Notes: generated from the sequence alone by a model not told the origin. Shown: positions 20,901-32,800, numbered from the whole stretch's first letter. The stretch: DNA of 63,915 nucleotides, filler included, from Aduncisulcus paluster (GCA_024181965.1; 10 parts of 10 records of this genome joined end to end with filler, not necessarily neighbours in it), one strand, 5' to 3'. Program-made: numbers and translations.

Positions 20901-21373
20901 CTTGTAAAGAGAGGATGAGCATATGGAGAACTCTCTCTGGATATGGAGAAACAAAGGAAAGTATTCTTAGAAATGCTTATAAAATTACAAGAGATAAACT
21001 CTCATTCGATATCAAAGACGCGTATAAAATCAAGAACTTTGAAGATATATATTTCAGATATGGACGAAAGGCAGCAATATCAGATCAAATTGGATTTGAT
21101 ACTAAATTATTTTCATCTTTTTCCAAACAGTTTCCCGATATTTCTTTTAATTCTGAGTTGAATTTGCCTATTGCTGCAGAGTCAGACCTTGTGGCTAATA
21201 TCTATGGGGTATCATCACCCAAGCAAAGCAATGGTTATGACTGTGGCGTGTTCACCTCACTTGCCCTTCGAGCCTTTGCATTTGACCATCCTTTTATTCA
21301 TTCACAAAGGGATATGGGCACATTCAGGCATATAATGTTGGTTGAAATGGCCCTAGGAAAGATTATCGAATAG
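17987..21373 (+). CDS. Ulp1/SENP-family (peptidase C48) SUMO protease with a very large insertion; true start uncertain
   Basis: WLNDECVNGY, FNSFFFTTL, IAIPINHHNTHWS, HIDSMG, and C-terminal PKQSNGYDCGVF...HSQRDMGTFR. Confidence 0.88.
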   Translation: MIQKTCIIPVGPSPILICGNQIRNALKSSLGLMDIHSFVKKDLHQEKKRREAISFFKFASDAFISALYKKSKLLQGLNFEREVRRLDYQFSHSDIIAEIPISSSSRTHKISKADLGPLFSRTSWLNDECVNGYIMLLMYHYGKLKNDSGRFKGSIHIFNSFFFTTLTNHATAETITMQYDDEGNIVIFPYRRSFGKQRRSIRPVVSHHPSTFYDHVFSFFNIKRWIVRAGYPCGLFLPFISSFQHQLSPDDSSPNSANFLCSFLPTTHSTPSSPQRIAIPINHHNTHWSCGCVDFHRRIVSHIDSMGYASVRDNIVCRVLMLWMVCEVLYAQYRWMEEEISKYPDSSLKYDSIFTQALPPPQYFHRSHVTALSIYQLAVWEWLKGWKCVCSTSDAVRVWKDEYDEDKEHVYGSSEAGSDSYSPLVADECFPQSFLISLFCAAMKHVDLCVEEEEKEKRERELRQQEWKRKEEMRKQMEAQKLKEPSGKMFQGSSSSTQAFDDEDEVFDISDSDDVPINSPSEKQPQSPPPVEESGSVNESESTEECSCGDSNYGSESVSSSVEAISTSVHSTDTSKHPESNPRRKVLGIGGKDEYIQMRILEEERKKEEEEQKQRMLERGQAMMCPMNAPPLTETEETSGEEHGDGGSYEYDDYSYSYSTNKQIGGGYVPDLTDSIFRKNTPRFSYQHDKEEEKSDPQLFEDDHEVQPSSGGKSDHDLVKTPLSTQHSSLTDGTLFYKRTPSFLPPSSVQMSSSSSQRLGQHQSTRISRDLSMSSRFSVIHSPHIGDHLSRSFSKNTPQSSEMNHTAFPEMMSSVQAASPTLLKSSTIDSESKTMEVFTSLFEKKQDFKTKGYAVWCQYLHSYCTSHGIQSQGQESSLRQEQEESGKETTKKGLLRKRRKFKSSFSSIKPNPRSIASSISSLTLSLSYPSQTGPSSPTISQSGPDQSQIFMPSCYSHEKSSFRMSSICATYACKERMSIWRTLSGYGETKESILRNAYKITRDKLSFDIKDAYKIKNFEDIYFRYGRKAAISDQIGFDTKLFSSFSKQFPDISFNSELNLPIAAESDLVANIYGVSSPKQSNGYDCGVFTSLALRAFAFDHPFIHSQRDMGTFRHIMLVEMALGKIIE

Positions 21374-21769
21374 ATCGTATAGTGTTTGATTATAAATCGA
21401 CGTTGAAGAAATGGATTTTATTCAATTCATAATGAAGATTATTGTGTCCTGCGTATTTCCTCTCATTTCAATTAATTTTCGCGTAAATATTAATTTACTC
21501 AGGTCAACAGTCGGCTTCTTTGATGGGTCGAATCAGAAATTGTGTATAAATCAATTGCTCTGAAAATGATGATATTCATCACGAATAATTCGTGAAGTGT
21601 TACGATTCAATCAATATGACTCATATTCATATTGGATACGAGAGGTTGGTGCTGGGTGATGTGAGAGGGTGTGCTGACAGTTCATCTTTGGATCATGCTC
21701 CATTTCAAACTTTGGAATCCAACTTGGATTGTCTTTGAAAGACAAGGAATGATGCAGAACACAAATCGT

Positions 21770-22052
21770 ATCCCATGAAGCATCGGGGGGTTAGATTCGT
21801 TACAGACATATGGATACCATCGTATTCCGAGTTCTTGATATTTTTGATTTGTAAGCAAAAGCAACTTGAAGTAAAAAATGAACAGAAAGGCAATGATAAG
21901 GATAGAAATGAAATGGAAATATATCCATGTTATTGAATAGCATTGAAATCGTTCATAAATGTTCTTAACACGTGAAATGGAACTATATCCAGTCCTGAGG
22001 GGTCTCCAAAAGCCTGAGATATCGAGAATAAACACTATGGCATGGAAATGAA
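21770..22052. repeat. Dispersed ~280-bp repeat, copy 1 (others at about 57535-57815 in the same orientation and 62510-62785 inverted)
   Basis: Near-identical sequence in all three places, e.g. GGATAGAAATGAAATGGAAATATATCCATGTTATTGAATAGCATTGAAATCGTTCATAAATGTTCTTAACACGTGAAATGG. The ORF track gives nearly identical peptides. Confidence 0.92.
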
Positions 22053-22173
22053 GTCAGCGTGGATGCATATGTCNNNNNNNNNNNNNNNNNNNNNNNNNNN
22101 NNNNNNNNNNNNNNNNNTTAATTAATTAANNNNNNNNNNNNNNNNNNNNNNNNNNNNNNNNNNNNNNNNNNNN

Positions 22174-24322
22174 GCTCTTTCTCACAAACTTCTTTCGTCC
22201 AAGCCTCTTTCGGTTTTGAAGCCCATTATTCGGCCTGCCTTACAACCAATGAAAATTAAGGGTAAACTTGACATTCCCAAGCTTAGTTTTCTTCTAAACT
22301 CGATTTCTTCAATTTCAAAGCTGATGTATATCCTGGCCCGAATTCCTCCACCGTGCTATCTTACTTCTCTGGACTTCCTACGTTTTCCTCAACCTTTGCT
22401 GTTCCTCTCTTCTTCATCTTCACTCTTTTTTTTCTATGTATCTCTTTTATTCCTTCCCAAGACATCCTTTTCCACCCTGGCATGTTCTCTTGCGGCCGCT
22501 ATATTTTCTCCTCGCGAATTTGACACGAGCGTAACGAATTTATTCTGGAGAGAAGAGATTAGATTTAGAGAGGAACACCGTGATCCTGTTCGTTTGAAAG
22601 GAAAAGATATTCTTGGAGTTATTCCAAAGATTCAATCGTGTCCGAGCTCTTCTGACAAAGTTTCTCCTTCTTTCCATCCATTATTAGCTTTTTCTCAAGA
22701 TCTACCTCCAATCTCTGGACTCTCAGTCACTTCATCGTCTTCACAGCCCCATGTAACCTTCTCTGCAAAGAAATCTGTGTCTTTAAAGTCTGTTTTCGGT
22801 TCAAACACCACAGTTGAGTGTTTGTATGTGTGTGATTGTGAGATATGTGAGGATGATGAGATTGTGGGAAGAAGAAGAAGAGGAAGAAGGAGAGGAGATA
22901 AGAAAAAGGCATCGAAAAGGCAGAAAGAATCTTCCATTGTATCTTAGAAAGGCTTCAGACCGACCTGTACAGACAGAAAAGGTGGATGTCCGATCCGATA
23001 TGCTTCGCCTGGGAAAATCGTTCCTTCTTGGGCCAAATGGGCGTATTTTGGATGTTTTTAAGATGTATGTTGTTGGCCCATCTCCTATTTCGATTGGTAT
23101 TGAGCATGTGTTGAATAGTTCAAACAAGGAAGGTATGCTTGGATGTTATTGCGATGATATTCAATCTCTGATGCTCTTTGTTCCTAAATTCGATTCGTTG
23201 GTTACTGTTGATCTTGTGACGATGAGGTGTCGTGTATTGGATTGGACTCCTCGACTGAAAAAGATCCGAAGAGATGTAGGCGCAAGGTCTGCTCGGACTC
23301 GTGATTCTGAACATCCAGAACAGGGAAAGCAGCCATCAAAGGGAATGCTCCTTGAGAAGCTTATTCTCTGTGATATATCCGATGAGGAAGAGGAGGAGCC
23401 TTCGTTTGATGATGATTTTGATGATCATCTCCCACCAATCGGTTCTCAGCATCCAAAGCGAAAAAAACGTCGGCATTCTCCTCATCAGAAATATCTACAG
23501 CCCGTATACCTTGGAGGTGGTGATTTATTGTTGGTTTCTCGGTCTATGTTTATCACAACCAGCATATCCTCAATCAAGAAGAAGATGAAAGTAGCTATAA
23601 AAGGTGCGACACTTCGCCCTTCAGGATTGTGTTTTCTAAAGTCGAAAGGGATCATTGTTTGTGCAACCACTATGTTCTCTATCTGTGTGTATAACGTATT
23701 TTCTGGCGTTTGGTGCCTAATTGATATCAGCAAGGGCATCGTCGATGAACGTCTCCGGACATCGTCTGTGGTGAGTGTATGTCGGACGCCTCTGGATAGT
23801 TCGCATGTATTGTTGAGTATAGGTAATATTTGGTGTGTTTTCGATGCATTGTCCTGTGTTGTGACACCCATCGCGACGCCGGAAGGAGTTGAATTCAGTT
23901 TATTTGGGTTTTTCAGTCATTCAAGAAATAATTCCATGCTTCTCAGAAAACGAGAAACTATTCAAGAAGAAGGGAAAGGGAAAGGGATTGAAATTAAATC
24001 ATATTCATATTATTCCATCTTACCAAAAGAAGAAACAATCCAAAACAAGAAGAAAAAAGAAGAGGAGGAGGAATATGACGATATTCCTTTTCCAATTGTC
24101 TTTTTCTGTCCAAATCAAGCTAGATTCTCGAGTTATTCATGTGACAAAATAGTTTATTATTCCAAATTTAAGCTCCAAATCCATGTATCTATTCAAATTG
24201 GTGATTTTATGCTCTTTTGTGCTGGAGATGCTGGGAAATGGTATTTCTTTGAAATTGAGCAAGATATACCTCAAAAAATGATCAAAAAACGGAAAGGAGA
24301 GGAGAAATGTTCAATCATGTAA
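22174..24322 (+). CDS. Hypothetical protein, 5'-partial, with a probable 1-nt frameshift at about 22867 joining ORFs 22216 and 22814
   Basis: The first frame reads ...CEICEDDEIV. Removing one G from GTGGGAAGAAG continues as EEEEEEEGEEIRKRH in the second frame. Confidence 0.6.
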
Positions 24323-24484
24323 TCAATGTATTATGATCCATATTTTTTTCAAAACACATGAAATTGCTTCTATATTGATCTGTTTTTGGTATTTATAATA
24401 AATTTATCTTACTTATTTGGCCGCCAGGTTTAATTGTATTTTTTTGCTGAATCTACGTCGATAAGAAATATTATTCTTTTTAAA

Positions 24485-27400
24485 ATGGGACTCTTGGATC
24501 ATTTAATACTTGATTCAAGAACTAGAATTGTTCAATTTGATGAAGCAAACCTCGATAATCGGAAATTCGAGCTAGTTATCTATGAATTGGCAGCAAAGTG
24601 TCCAAACATAACAGAAATGTATTTTAGAAAGAATATAATAACTATGATACCTAACTTTACGAGCTCAATGTTTCCTAAACTTGAGATCTTAGATATTTCG
24701 CAAAATCCAGTAATTTCATCACCTGAAATACTTCAAACGTTTATAAACAGGCTTAAAGACTTGCCTTTGTTACATTCTTTATTCATAAATATTGACCGTG
24801 AGGAAGATGAAGAAGCTATTTATTTGAATCTTGAGCGATTGTCTAGTTTGAATGGTCTTCCACTCGAGGAACATGTTGTGATTCCTCCATGTCCTCCTAT
24901 GGCTAATATGATCATTGGTGAAATTGTAGAATATGAATCGTACGAATCTGATGAATCATCTGGAAAAAAACACCATTATTCCGATTCCGAGGAAGGAAGT
25001 TGGCGAAGTCCAAAATCGATGAGTGAAGGGGCAAGTGGGTTTATTGATCATGATTCTAATCATTTTGAGCAGATATCTCGCTCCCAACAGGTTGTTCTGC
25101 TTGGGGTGGAACTCTGTGGACTCGCTGAGGATGAGAAACAGCGTTCTTTGGGGAGTTTATCTCATTTTGATCTTCATCATTCTGATTCGAATCCTCCTAA
25201 CAAACAACTATATAGTCGATACAATTCTGTAATCGATCGATCTCGCCGAGGATATACTCCCTTTATCTCTTCGTCGGTTGAAATTGAAGAATATGAATCG
25301 TACGAATCTGATGAATCATCTGGAAAAAAACACCATTATTCCGATTCCGAGGAAGGAAGTTGGCGAAGTCCAAAATCGATGAGTGAAGGGGCAAGTGGGT
25401 TTATTGATCATGATTCTAATCATTTTGAGCAGATATCTCGCTCCCAACAGGTTGTTCTGCTTGGGGTGGAACTCTGTGGACTCGCTGAGGATGAGAAACA
25501 GCGTTCTTTGGGGAGTTTATCTCATTTTGATCTTCATCATTCTGATTCGAATCCTCCTAACAAACAACTATATAGTCGATACAATTCTGTAATCGATCGA
25601 TCTCGCCGAGGATATACTCCCTTTATCTCTTCGTCGGTTGAAATTGAAGGTGATTCCTCCATGTCCTCCTATGGCTAATATGATCATTGGTGAAATTGTA
25701 GAATATGAATCGTACGAATCTGATGAATCATCTGGAAAAAAACACCATTATTCCGATTCCGAGGAAGGAAGTTGGCGAAGTCCAAAATCGATGAGTGAAG
25801 GGGCAAGTGGGTTTATTGATCATGATTCTAATCATTTTGAGCAGATATCTCGCTCCCAACAGGTTGTTCTGCTTGGGGTGGAACTCTGTGGACTCGCTGA
25901 GGATGAGAAACAGCGTTCTTTGGGGAGTTTATCTCATTTTGATCTTCATCATTCTGATTCGAATCCTCCTAACAAACAACTATATAGTCGATACAATTCT
26001 GTAATCGATCGATCTCGCCGAGGATATACTCCCTTTATCTCTTCGTCGGTTGAAATTGAAGAAGGTCTCCGAGATCTTGTCACATTTTCGTCTTCATTAA
26101 GAGATAATGTTCAAAAAATGGCTAAGTCTTCGACAACATCTCAAGTGACTCCAACCGGACTTGAGTCTCAACTTTCTACAAGTCACTCAACCCTTATCCA
26201 ATCATCTTTGATGTCTATTCAGAAAGATATTCAGGATATGCAGCATTTTGCAAGGGAACTAAGCGATCCTAGTGTCTCTGAACCTTTCGATCTTTCTTCC
26301 TCGACATTTGATATTTCTTCCCCATTCAGTTTTGGAGGTGAAGATGATCGTTCTTTTCATCTTCCATTGCCGTTTGATCTGTCAGTTTTGCTTTCAAAGC
26401 TCTGTCTCGTGGCCTGTTCCTTGTCTTCTCTCCTCCATTCTGTTCCATGGGATAAGACTGTCGATTCCAATGTTGATACCTTCATTGTAGCTTTTCAGCA
26501 TATATGCACATCCTTGAGTTCCTCCGTCAAGTCGCTTGGAGTCACTTGTGTAATGAATGGACGCTCAGAGATGGAGGAAGAAGAGATTGAGAAAAAAGAG
26601 TGTGAATCTCAAACATTTGCAGTCGCATCTTGTGAACAAGGAACTCAGATTGATATTTCTGGTTCTGATATACCCTCTTTGAAGCCAATGAGTGTGTCCA
26701 ATCGTATCAAGAAGGTGAAGAAAGCTAGAGCTAATGTGATTGAACTCAAACAACTTCGGGAAAAGGTCCAACAACTTAGCTCTGAAAATTCATTCTACAA
26801 AAGTCGTTTGAAACAGTTGGAACTCCGGGTTCAAGGAAACAATCGGGATAGAACTTTTGCTGAGTCTTCCATTTCCTCTCACGAAACTCAATCCTCGTCC
26901 GTTTATGACTCCCTTCATCGTGATGGACTTTGTCCAATTGGATCTCCTGAAGGTCAGGGATATGATCCTGGACCAATCAAACTCATCTCTGAATATGGGG
27001 CAGATGAAGAAGAAGAGGGGGATGAGAGTACGCCTATCGTTCTTTCTCTTGTACATTTGAAGACTATGATTCGTGAAATTCTTCGGAGGAGGAATGGCGT
27101 CCAAGAAAAGCGTGAGCATAGCGCAAAAAAGAGCAAAGAGAGTCCCAGGCCTTTGAGTTCGTCTCCGTTACAGGCTATTCCAAAATCCCCAACCAGAAGT
27201 GATTCATCTATCTTTTTACACCAAATTCCTCTGTCATCCTTCTTGATATCATGGTTTAATCGAAAGTATGGCGTTAGAAAGATTATTGTTCGCTGGATTC
27301 GAGCTTTTTATTCTGCCATTGAATCCTTTCAGCACACTGATCTCGATGTTAAAGTGTTTAAGATGGTATTAGATGGCCATTTGGATGAAGGTTTTATTCC

Positions 27401-28124
27401 AAAACGGGATAAATTAATCGAATTGGTGGGAATTCATATGGATAGAAATGTTAGAAACTCAAATCCTCTGATTCGAAAGAAGGATTTAGATGTTAAGATC
27501 CTTAAAATCTTTGAGGGAAAAGAAAAGATTTCAAAGAAGTTGTGTTTGGATATTATTAAAGCCGTTTTTAATAAGAGTGATCAAAAAGGAGTCATGGGTG
27601 AACTCAAGTCATATACTCAAACATTCTCTTCCAAAAACGTTGAGGATGGTGAACTCGAGCTTGAATCGTCGCCTATTCCTTCAAGGTTTTTATCACATGG
27701 ATATTCTCCATCGAAATATGGTCATTCTTTTTCATTATATTTTGAACAGTTTTGTCATGTTTTATCCCAATATTTCCTCTCTTCGCATCTTCGAACTTTG
27801 TCTTCTTTTTCAATGTTGTGGGACAAATGGATGAAATTGGAATACAAATCCACACACAGTTCAACGAGTCGGGCATCTTTACCAGAGATTGTTCCCTATG
27901 GACTGGATGAGGATAAGATGCGAATGTCATGGGCATCTTTTTCACAATGTTTGAAGGATGGGGGTATCTCGTTGAAAAACTGTCTTAAAGGTCAGCAATT
28001 ATGGAGTGGGGGACAAATTATCTCTTTGAATGGCGAAGTACCAGGAGAAATTGGTCATCTCTTGATTTCATTCAGTGATGCTGTGAAAATCATTGGAAAG
28101 GACATTTCTAAGATTCGACTATAA
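24485..28124 (+). CDS. LRR + coiled-coil protein with TSNAXIP1-like C-terminal region; contains a triplicated internal segment
   Basis: LRRs ITEMYFRKNII, LEILDISQNPV and LRR cap LERLSSLNG. Coiled coil LKQLREKVQQLSSENSFYKSRLKQLE. WFNRKYGVRKII...DLDVKVFKMVLDGHLDE resembles TSNAXIP1-type proteins (from memory). ORFs 24434 and 25638 are one gene. Confidence 0.65.
24878..26061 (+). repeat. Tandem triplication: 412 + 360 + 412 bp, apparently identical copies
   Basis: Copies start at 24878, about 25290 and 25650. The same 69-aa alternative-frame ORF appears three times in the track. Confidence 0.95.
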
Positions 28125-29274
28125 AACCATTATATTGTATTGGATATTTTGAAATATTTATTAAAACTGACTTTGATTTTTTTTTTTTTTTTTTTGGATT
28201 GATTATCTCTGGATACTAAACGCTAATTTGCTTTTTCTTTATCATGTTCAAACATCCTACCAGATTTTACGAAATTTTTTTTTTGAAATAATCTTCAGGT
28301 TCTTCTTATTCTTTTTTTATTCATACTATGATCAAATAGTATTTGAGCTGTGGCGGTTTATGTTTAAGTATATAGTACAGATTTTCATTTTTTATATTAT
28401 TGAATCATCTTACATTATTAGCTCAATATATTCTTGTAATATGATATATTCAACCTTTTTGAAATAGCGTTTTCTATTTTTTGAATTGGATTCTTTTGAC
28501 TAATAGCAACATTATAATGGATAATTATGGAGTAATTTTGGGATATTCAGCTGTGTTTTCTCATAAATACATTTGTTGAGTGTTGAAGTTTGAAAATAAT
28601 TCTTGGATTAGTCAATCTCCCAAATTATTGACGAATCTCGTCTTTGCATTGAGTTATAATTGTCATTGAAGTTCATTATATCACTGATATTACAGGTTGT
28701 TAATTGATCTAATGAATAAATATCAAATTTTTTGACAACTCGTCAATGAGGAGAAAGTTGATGTTCTTTTCAAAACTTGTAAAGAATGAGTAAGTTGTTA
28801 ACGACTAATAAATTTGCCAATGGTTACAAAGTTATGGATAATTCAAACTTCTCTCTCAAATTGAGAGAAATCCATCTCTTAGAGGTTGATATTGTTGAGT
28901 TATTGTAAAAATAATCTGTATTATATAATAATGTTGAGTAGAGATGATGGTCAAGGACCGGATATAACCGACCTCATTGTGCATATGTCAACTTCCGAAC
29001 GAGATCCACCGCGTTCTTTCCTCCAGATCTGTAACACAATAAGTTACATATTTAATATCGCGATTTAATATCAATTTACAGTTAAAAATATATGTAAACT
29101 CTATTTTTAGAAAATCTATTTTTAGAAAATCTATTTTTAGAAATTGATTTATTTGATAAAATTAATAATAAATTAATTGTTGTATTCGTTGATTGTAATT
29201 ATTTTCATATTGTATCGTTGTTTTCAAAAATTTCATTTTTTCTTAGAACCATCTAGCCGAAAATTTCATTCGGC

Positions 29275-29347
29275 GGTCACATGGCTCAATTGGCAGAGCA
29301 CCTGACTACGGATCAGGAGGTTGCAGGTTCAAGTCCTGCTGTGTCCG
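29275..29347 (+). tRNA. tRNA-Arg (anticodon ACG)
   Basis: Acceptor GGTCACA/TGTGTCC, D arm GCTC-AATTGGCA-GAGC, anticodon arm CCTGA-CTACGGA-TCAGG (ACG at 29308-29310), T arm GCAGG-TTCAAGT-CCTGC. Confidence 0.95.
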
Positions 29348-29618
29348 AATTTATCCGTTATTACAAGGTTTTATCACTCTTTAAACGTATTTCTAAGCTT
29401 TCCCTAAGGTTTTAGTCAAAGCGTTTGCGAATAGCTTCAACCGTTCGGTAGATAAACATAAAACATCAGGTTTTTACAGCTCCCCAAGCTTTTACCAAAG
29501 TTTTATTACCCTATTACTATAAATCATTGCTGCTTCTGCAGATAACTTTTCTACTTCTGAATATTCTCTTTTTTACATTTCTATCTCCTTTTTCTTACTT
29601 CCATCTAATTTTTTACTA

Positions 29619-29748
29619 ATGAATTCATCTTTTTCCGCTCAAATGTTAAGCGGTTTTGCTAAAAAGCGTTCTTTTGGACGTGGTCTTGCTGTCCTTTGTC
29701 ACAAATTTGGTTTTGCCCTTCCTAAGGCAAACCCTGATGTTTACAATC
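29619..29748 (+). CDS. N-terminus of an unknown protein, truncated by contig end; possible organelle presequence
   Basis: MNSSFSAQMLSGFAKKRSFGRGLAVL... is Ser/Arg/Lys-rich with no acidic residue before position 40, and follows a pyrimidine-rich leader. Confidence 0.5.
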
Positions 29749-29848
29749 NNNNNNNNNNNNNNNNNNNNNNNNNNNNNNNNNNNNNNNNNNNNTTAATTAA
29801 TTAANNNNNNNNNNNNNNNNNNNNNNNNNNNNNNNNNNNNNNNNNNNN

Positions 29849-32800
29849 TGCTCCCAAACGAACTACTGCCTTCCTCGTCCTCTTGTTCTCCATGGGATTG
29901 AGAAACTTCCACTTGAACCTCGTCGCTTTTCTCCTGCTCTTCCAATTGCTGTGTCTTAGGACTCTCCATCTCTTCATGCATGGTTGAATCTCTTTCCCGA
30001 AGTTTCTCTAACCTTCTTTCTCTCTCCTCTTTCTCCTCATCTTCCCCAATCTCTTTATCTAATGCCATAATCTCTTTGAGATTCATCCCAGCAAAGCGTC
30101 CTGGAAGACACAGATATTCACATGATGAGAAATTGAATAGGGAATCAATTTCATCTGAAATACCGCCAAAGAGCATATAAATCAAAGACAGTGCTCCACT
30201 TTCAAGACGATCAATACGAGTGGAACCTTCAATATCGGATGCAGTGGAGTAGGATCTTCCTCTTGATCCATCGTCAGCTTGAGAGTGGCCAAGATCATCA
30301 GCAGATTCTCCAAGGGTCACACCAAGGCAGACAGAAGCACTCTCACGAAGGGATTCCTCGATTCCACCACGAGCGAGGAGGAAAAACGAAAAGGCTGAGG
30401 CAAATGCACGATGGGATAAGAAATGCAGCCCAAGCATGGAGCACAGAGAAGGTATTGAGTGAAATGAGAGCGCTGATAAAGCGGAGAGTGTAAGAGTTGA
30501 TGCAGAGGAGGGAATATTGGAAGAAGAAACGATATGTTGCATAAGAATATCACTCGCGGCATACAGTTTTGGAAGGGATGGAAGAGGAAGAGAAGATCCA
30601 TTAGAATGGGACGCACGCCGACCACTGACACTCAGAGTAGACACTGAGATTTGTGAGAGATCAGCTCCACTCCTTCTTGTTCCGCTCATCGCATGATGAT
30701 TCTGCTCTGTGCCTCCTTCAATATTGACTTTACGACCGATATTACCTCCAAATTTAGCCATCCAGCCTTCATTCCTGAGAGTTTCTTCGTCCACTTCCTG
30801 TCCAAGCCCGGTAGATATGATTGCCTTCTGTTCGAAACCTTCGAGTGATGTCTTCCACTTTCGACCTCCTCTTCTTACCTTCTTCTCTCCCTTCACCACA
30901 GCCATCTCTTGTTTAATGTGGGAGACAAGAGGCATCCTCTCAATGACGGTGACTGTGCTACCGTGGGAAACGGCAACAGATAAAGGGGCTGAGGGTGGAA
31001 GAGAGGATAAAAAGGAAAAGGGAGGAAGAGGAGGGAAAGCAGGAAGTTCAGGAAGCTCTTGGATGAAGGGAAGGAAACCTCCATCACTCGAAGGTGGAGC
31101 TTTCTTAAATTCAACTTGGCTTCTGTTCCATTGTTTCTCGAGAACTTGACCGAGAATTGTCTCTTGCTTGAGATCCTCATTGCAGGCTGTAATTTCACGT
31201 CCAAATGTTGAAGGCATATGAGTGAATCGAGAGATGAATACGTGATGGCGAGGAGATGTAATGGATGGAACACTGACTGAAGATTCTTTATCGGCACTCT
31301 TCGAGTCAGAACCACATTCTTCTACATCAAGCCATATGTCAGCAGTATCCATTTGGAAGGCAATGCTCTCACGGAGTTGTACCGCAGCACCAGAGGAACC
31401 TGGTGATTTTACAGCACCACGGTCCTGAAAGTCATTGTCATGGAGGAAATACTGAAGGCCAGGAGCTCGTCCATCACTGGCATCCCCACCGGATTCGAGT
31501 AGATCCAGTCCTTTAGTTGCAATATCTGAACCCCGAGATCTTGAAGTTTGACTAGGAGAGGATAAGGATGAGCCACCATCCCCTCCTTCAAGAAGAGGGA
31601 TAAGATGGACAACACTTTCTCCCATGGCAGTACCAGCATCATCACAGCTCACAGAATGGGCACCTACGGCAATGACACATCCTGTACACACAGATATATA
31701 TGACAGAAAGGGCGGAAGAAGGATTCCAGTGATGTGCTTGCTTAACGAGCCATTTGAAGACATGACCATGGCTATGGAGTGCTGAGGAGGAAGAGAAGCC
31801 TTGGAACCAAGGTCAGAACTACTTTTGATTACTGATCCATCCATTTTCTGGGCCGATGGCGTATTGTGTCCCACGAGAACAACATCACACTCCCCATCAA
31901 TATGAAGAACGGTGAACATGCGTGTAAGATACTGCAGAGGCCATGTTATCTGCTTTGTTGAACCATTTGATAATGAAACAATCTCAACAAATCGCTTCTT
32001 ATCACCAACCTCAGGAGTAGAATAATACCACAGATTCTTTCCTTTTACGACAACACAAACATCGGGAGAATCGGGAGGGCGGGAGAGAGAAAAGGAAGAT
32101 GTTTCAATATATTTTCCAATTTCAAGAATTCCTGGAGAAGATCCACTAGGAAGATACAAAAGATGTTGGCCAAGTGGAGGTTTCCCTTTGGGTGGAACAT
32201 GGAATATATATTCAAATTTATGAACCGTTTTACCATGAATAACTAGAAAAGAACACGGGTGGAGTGGTTTTGAGGGATCAGGTGGTAAGACTAAGACGAA
32301 ACAACCACCGTCTTTCCATCCAAGAAGTTCGGACGGAGCACATGCACAACCAGATTCATTTTTCATGGTAACTGCATTTGATATTGCAGATGTAATCTTT
32401 TTATCCAGTTTTAAATCAAGCAATTCATATGAAGGATGANNNNNNNNNNNNNNNNNNNNCACTAGGAAGATACAAAAGATGTTGGCCAAGTGGAGGTTTC
32501 CCTTTGGGTGGAACATGGAATATATATTCAAATTTATGAACCGTTTTACCATGAATAACTAGAAAAGAACACGGGTGGAGTGGTTTTGAGGGATCAGGTG
32601 GTAAGACTAAGACGAAACAACCACCGTCTTTCCATCCAAGAAGTTCGGACGGAGCACATGCACAACCAGATTCATTTTTCATGGTAACTGCATTTGATAT
32701 TGCAGATGTAATCTTTTTATCCAGTTTTAAATCAAGCAATTCATATGAAGGATGATGTCTTATAAATTTGTTTTTTCGATTTGGAGTACCATAAGTTATC

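Noticed and set aside
22860-22875. Programmed frameshift between ORFs 22216 and 22814
   Set aside because: No slippery heptamer or downstream structure was seen. One extra G in a short homopolymer is more simply a sequencing error.
28125-29250. Possible decayed LRR gene or ncRNA, including a GC-richer patch at 28945-29035 and a 15-bp x3 repeat at about 29100-29142
   Set aside because: Only fragmentary resemblance. No rRNA or snRNA signature could be matched.
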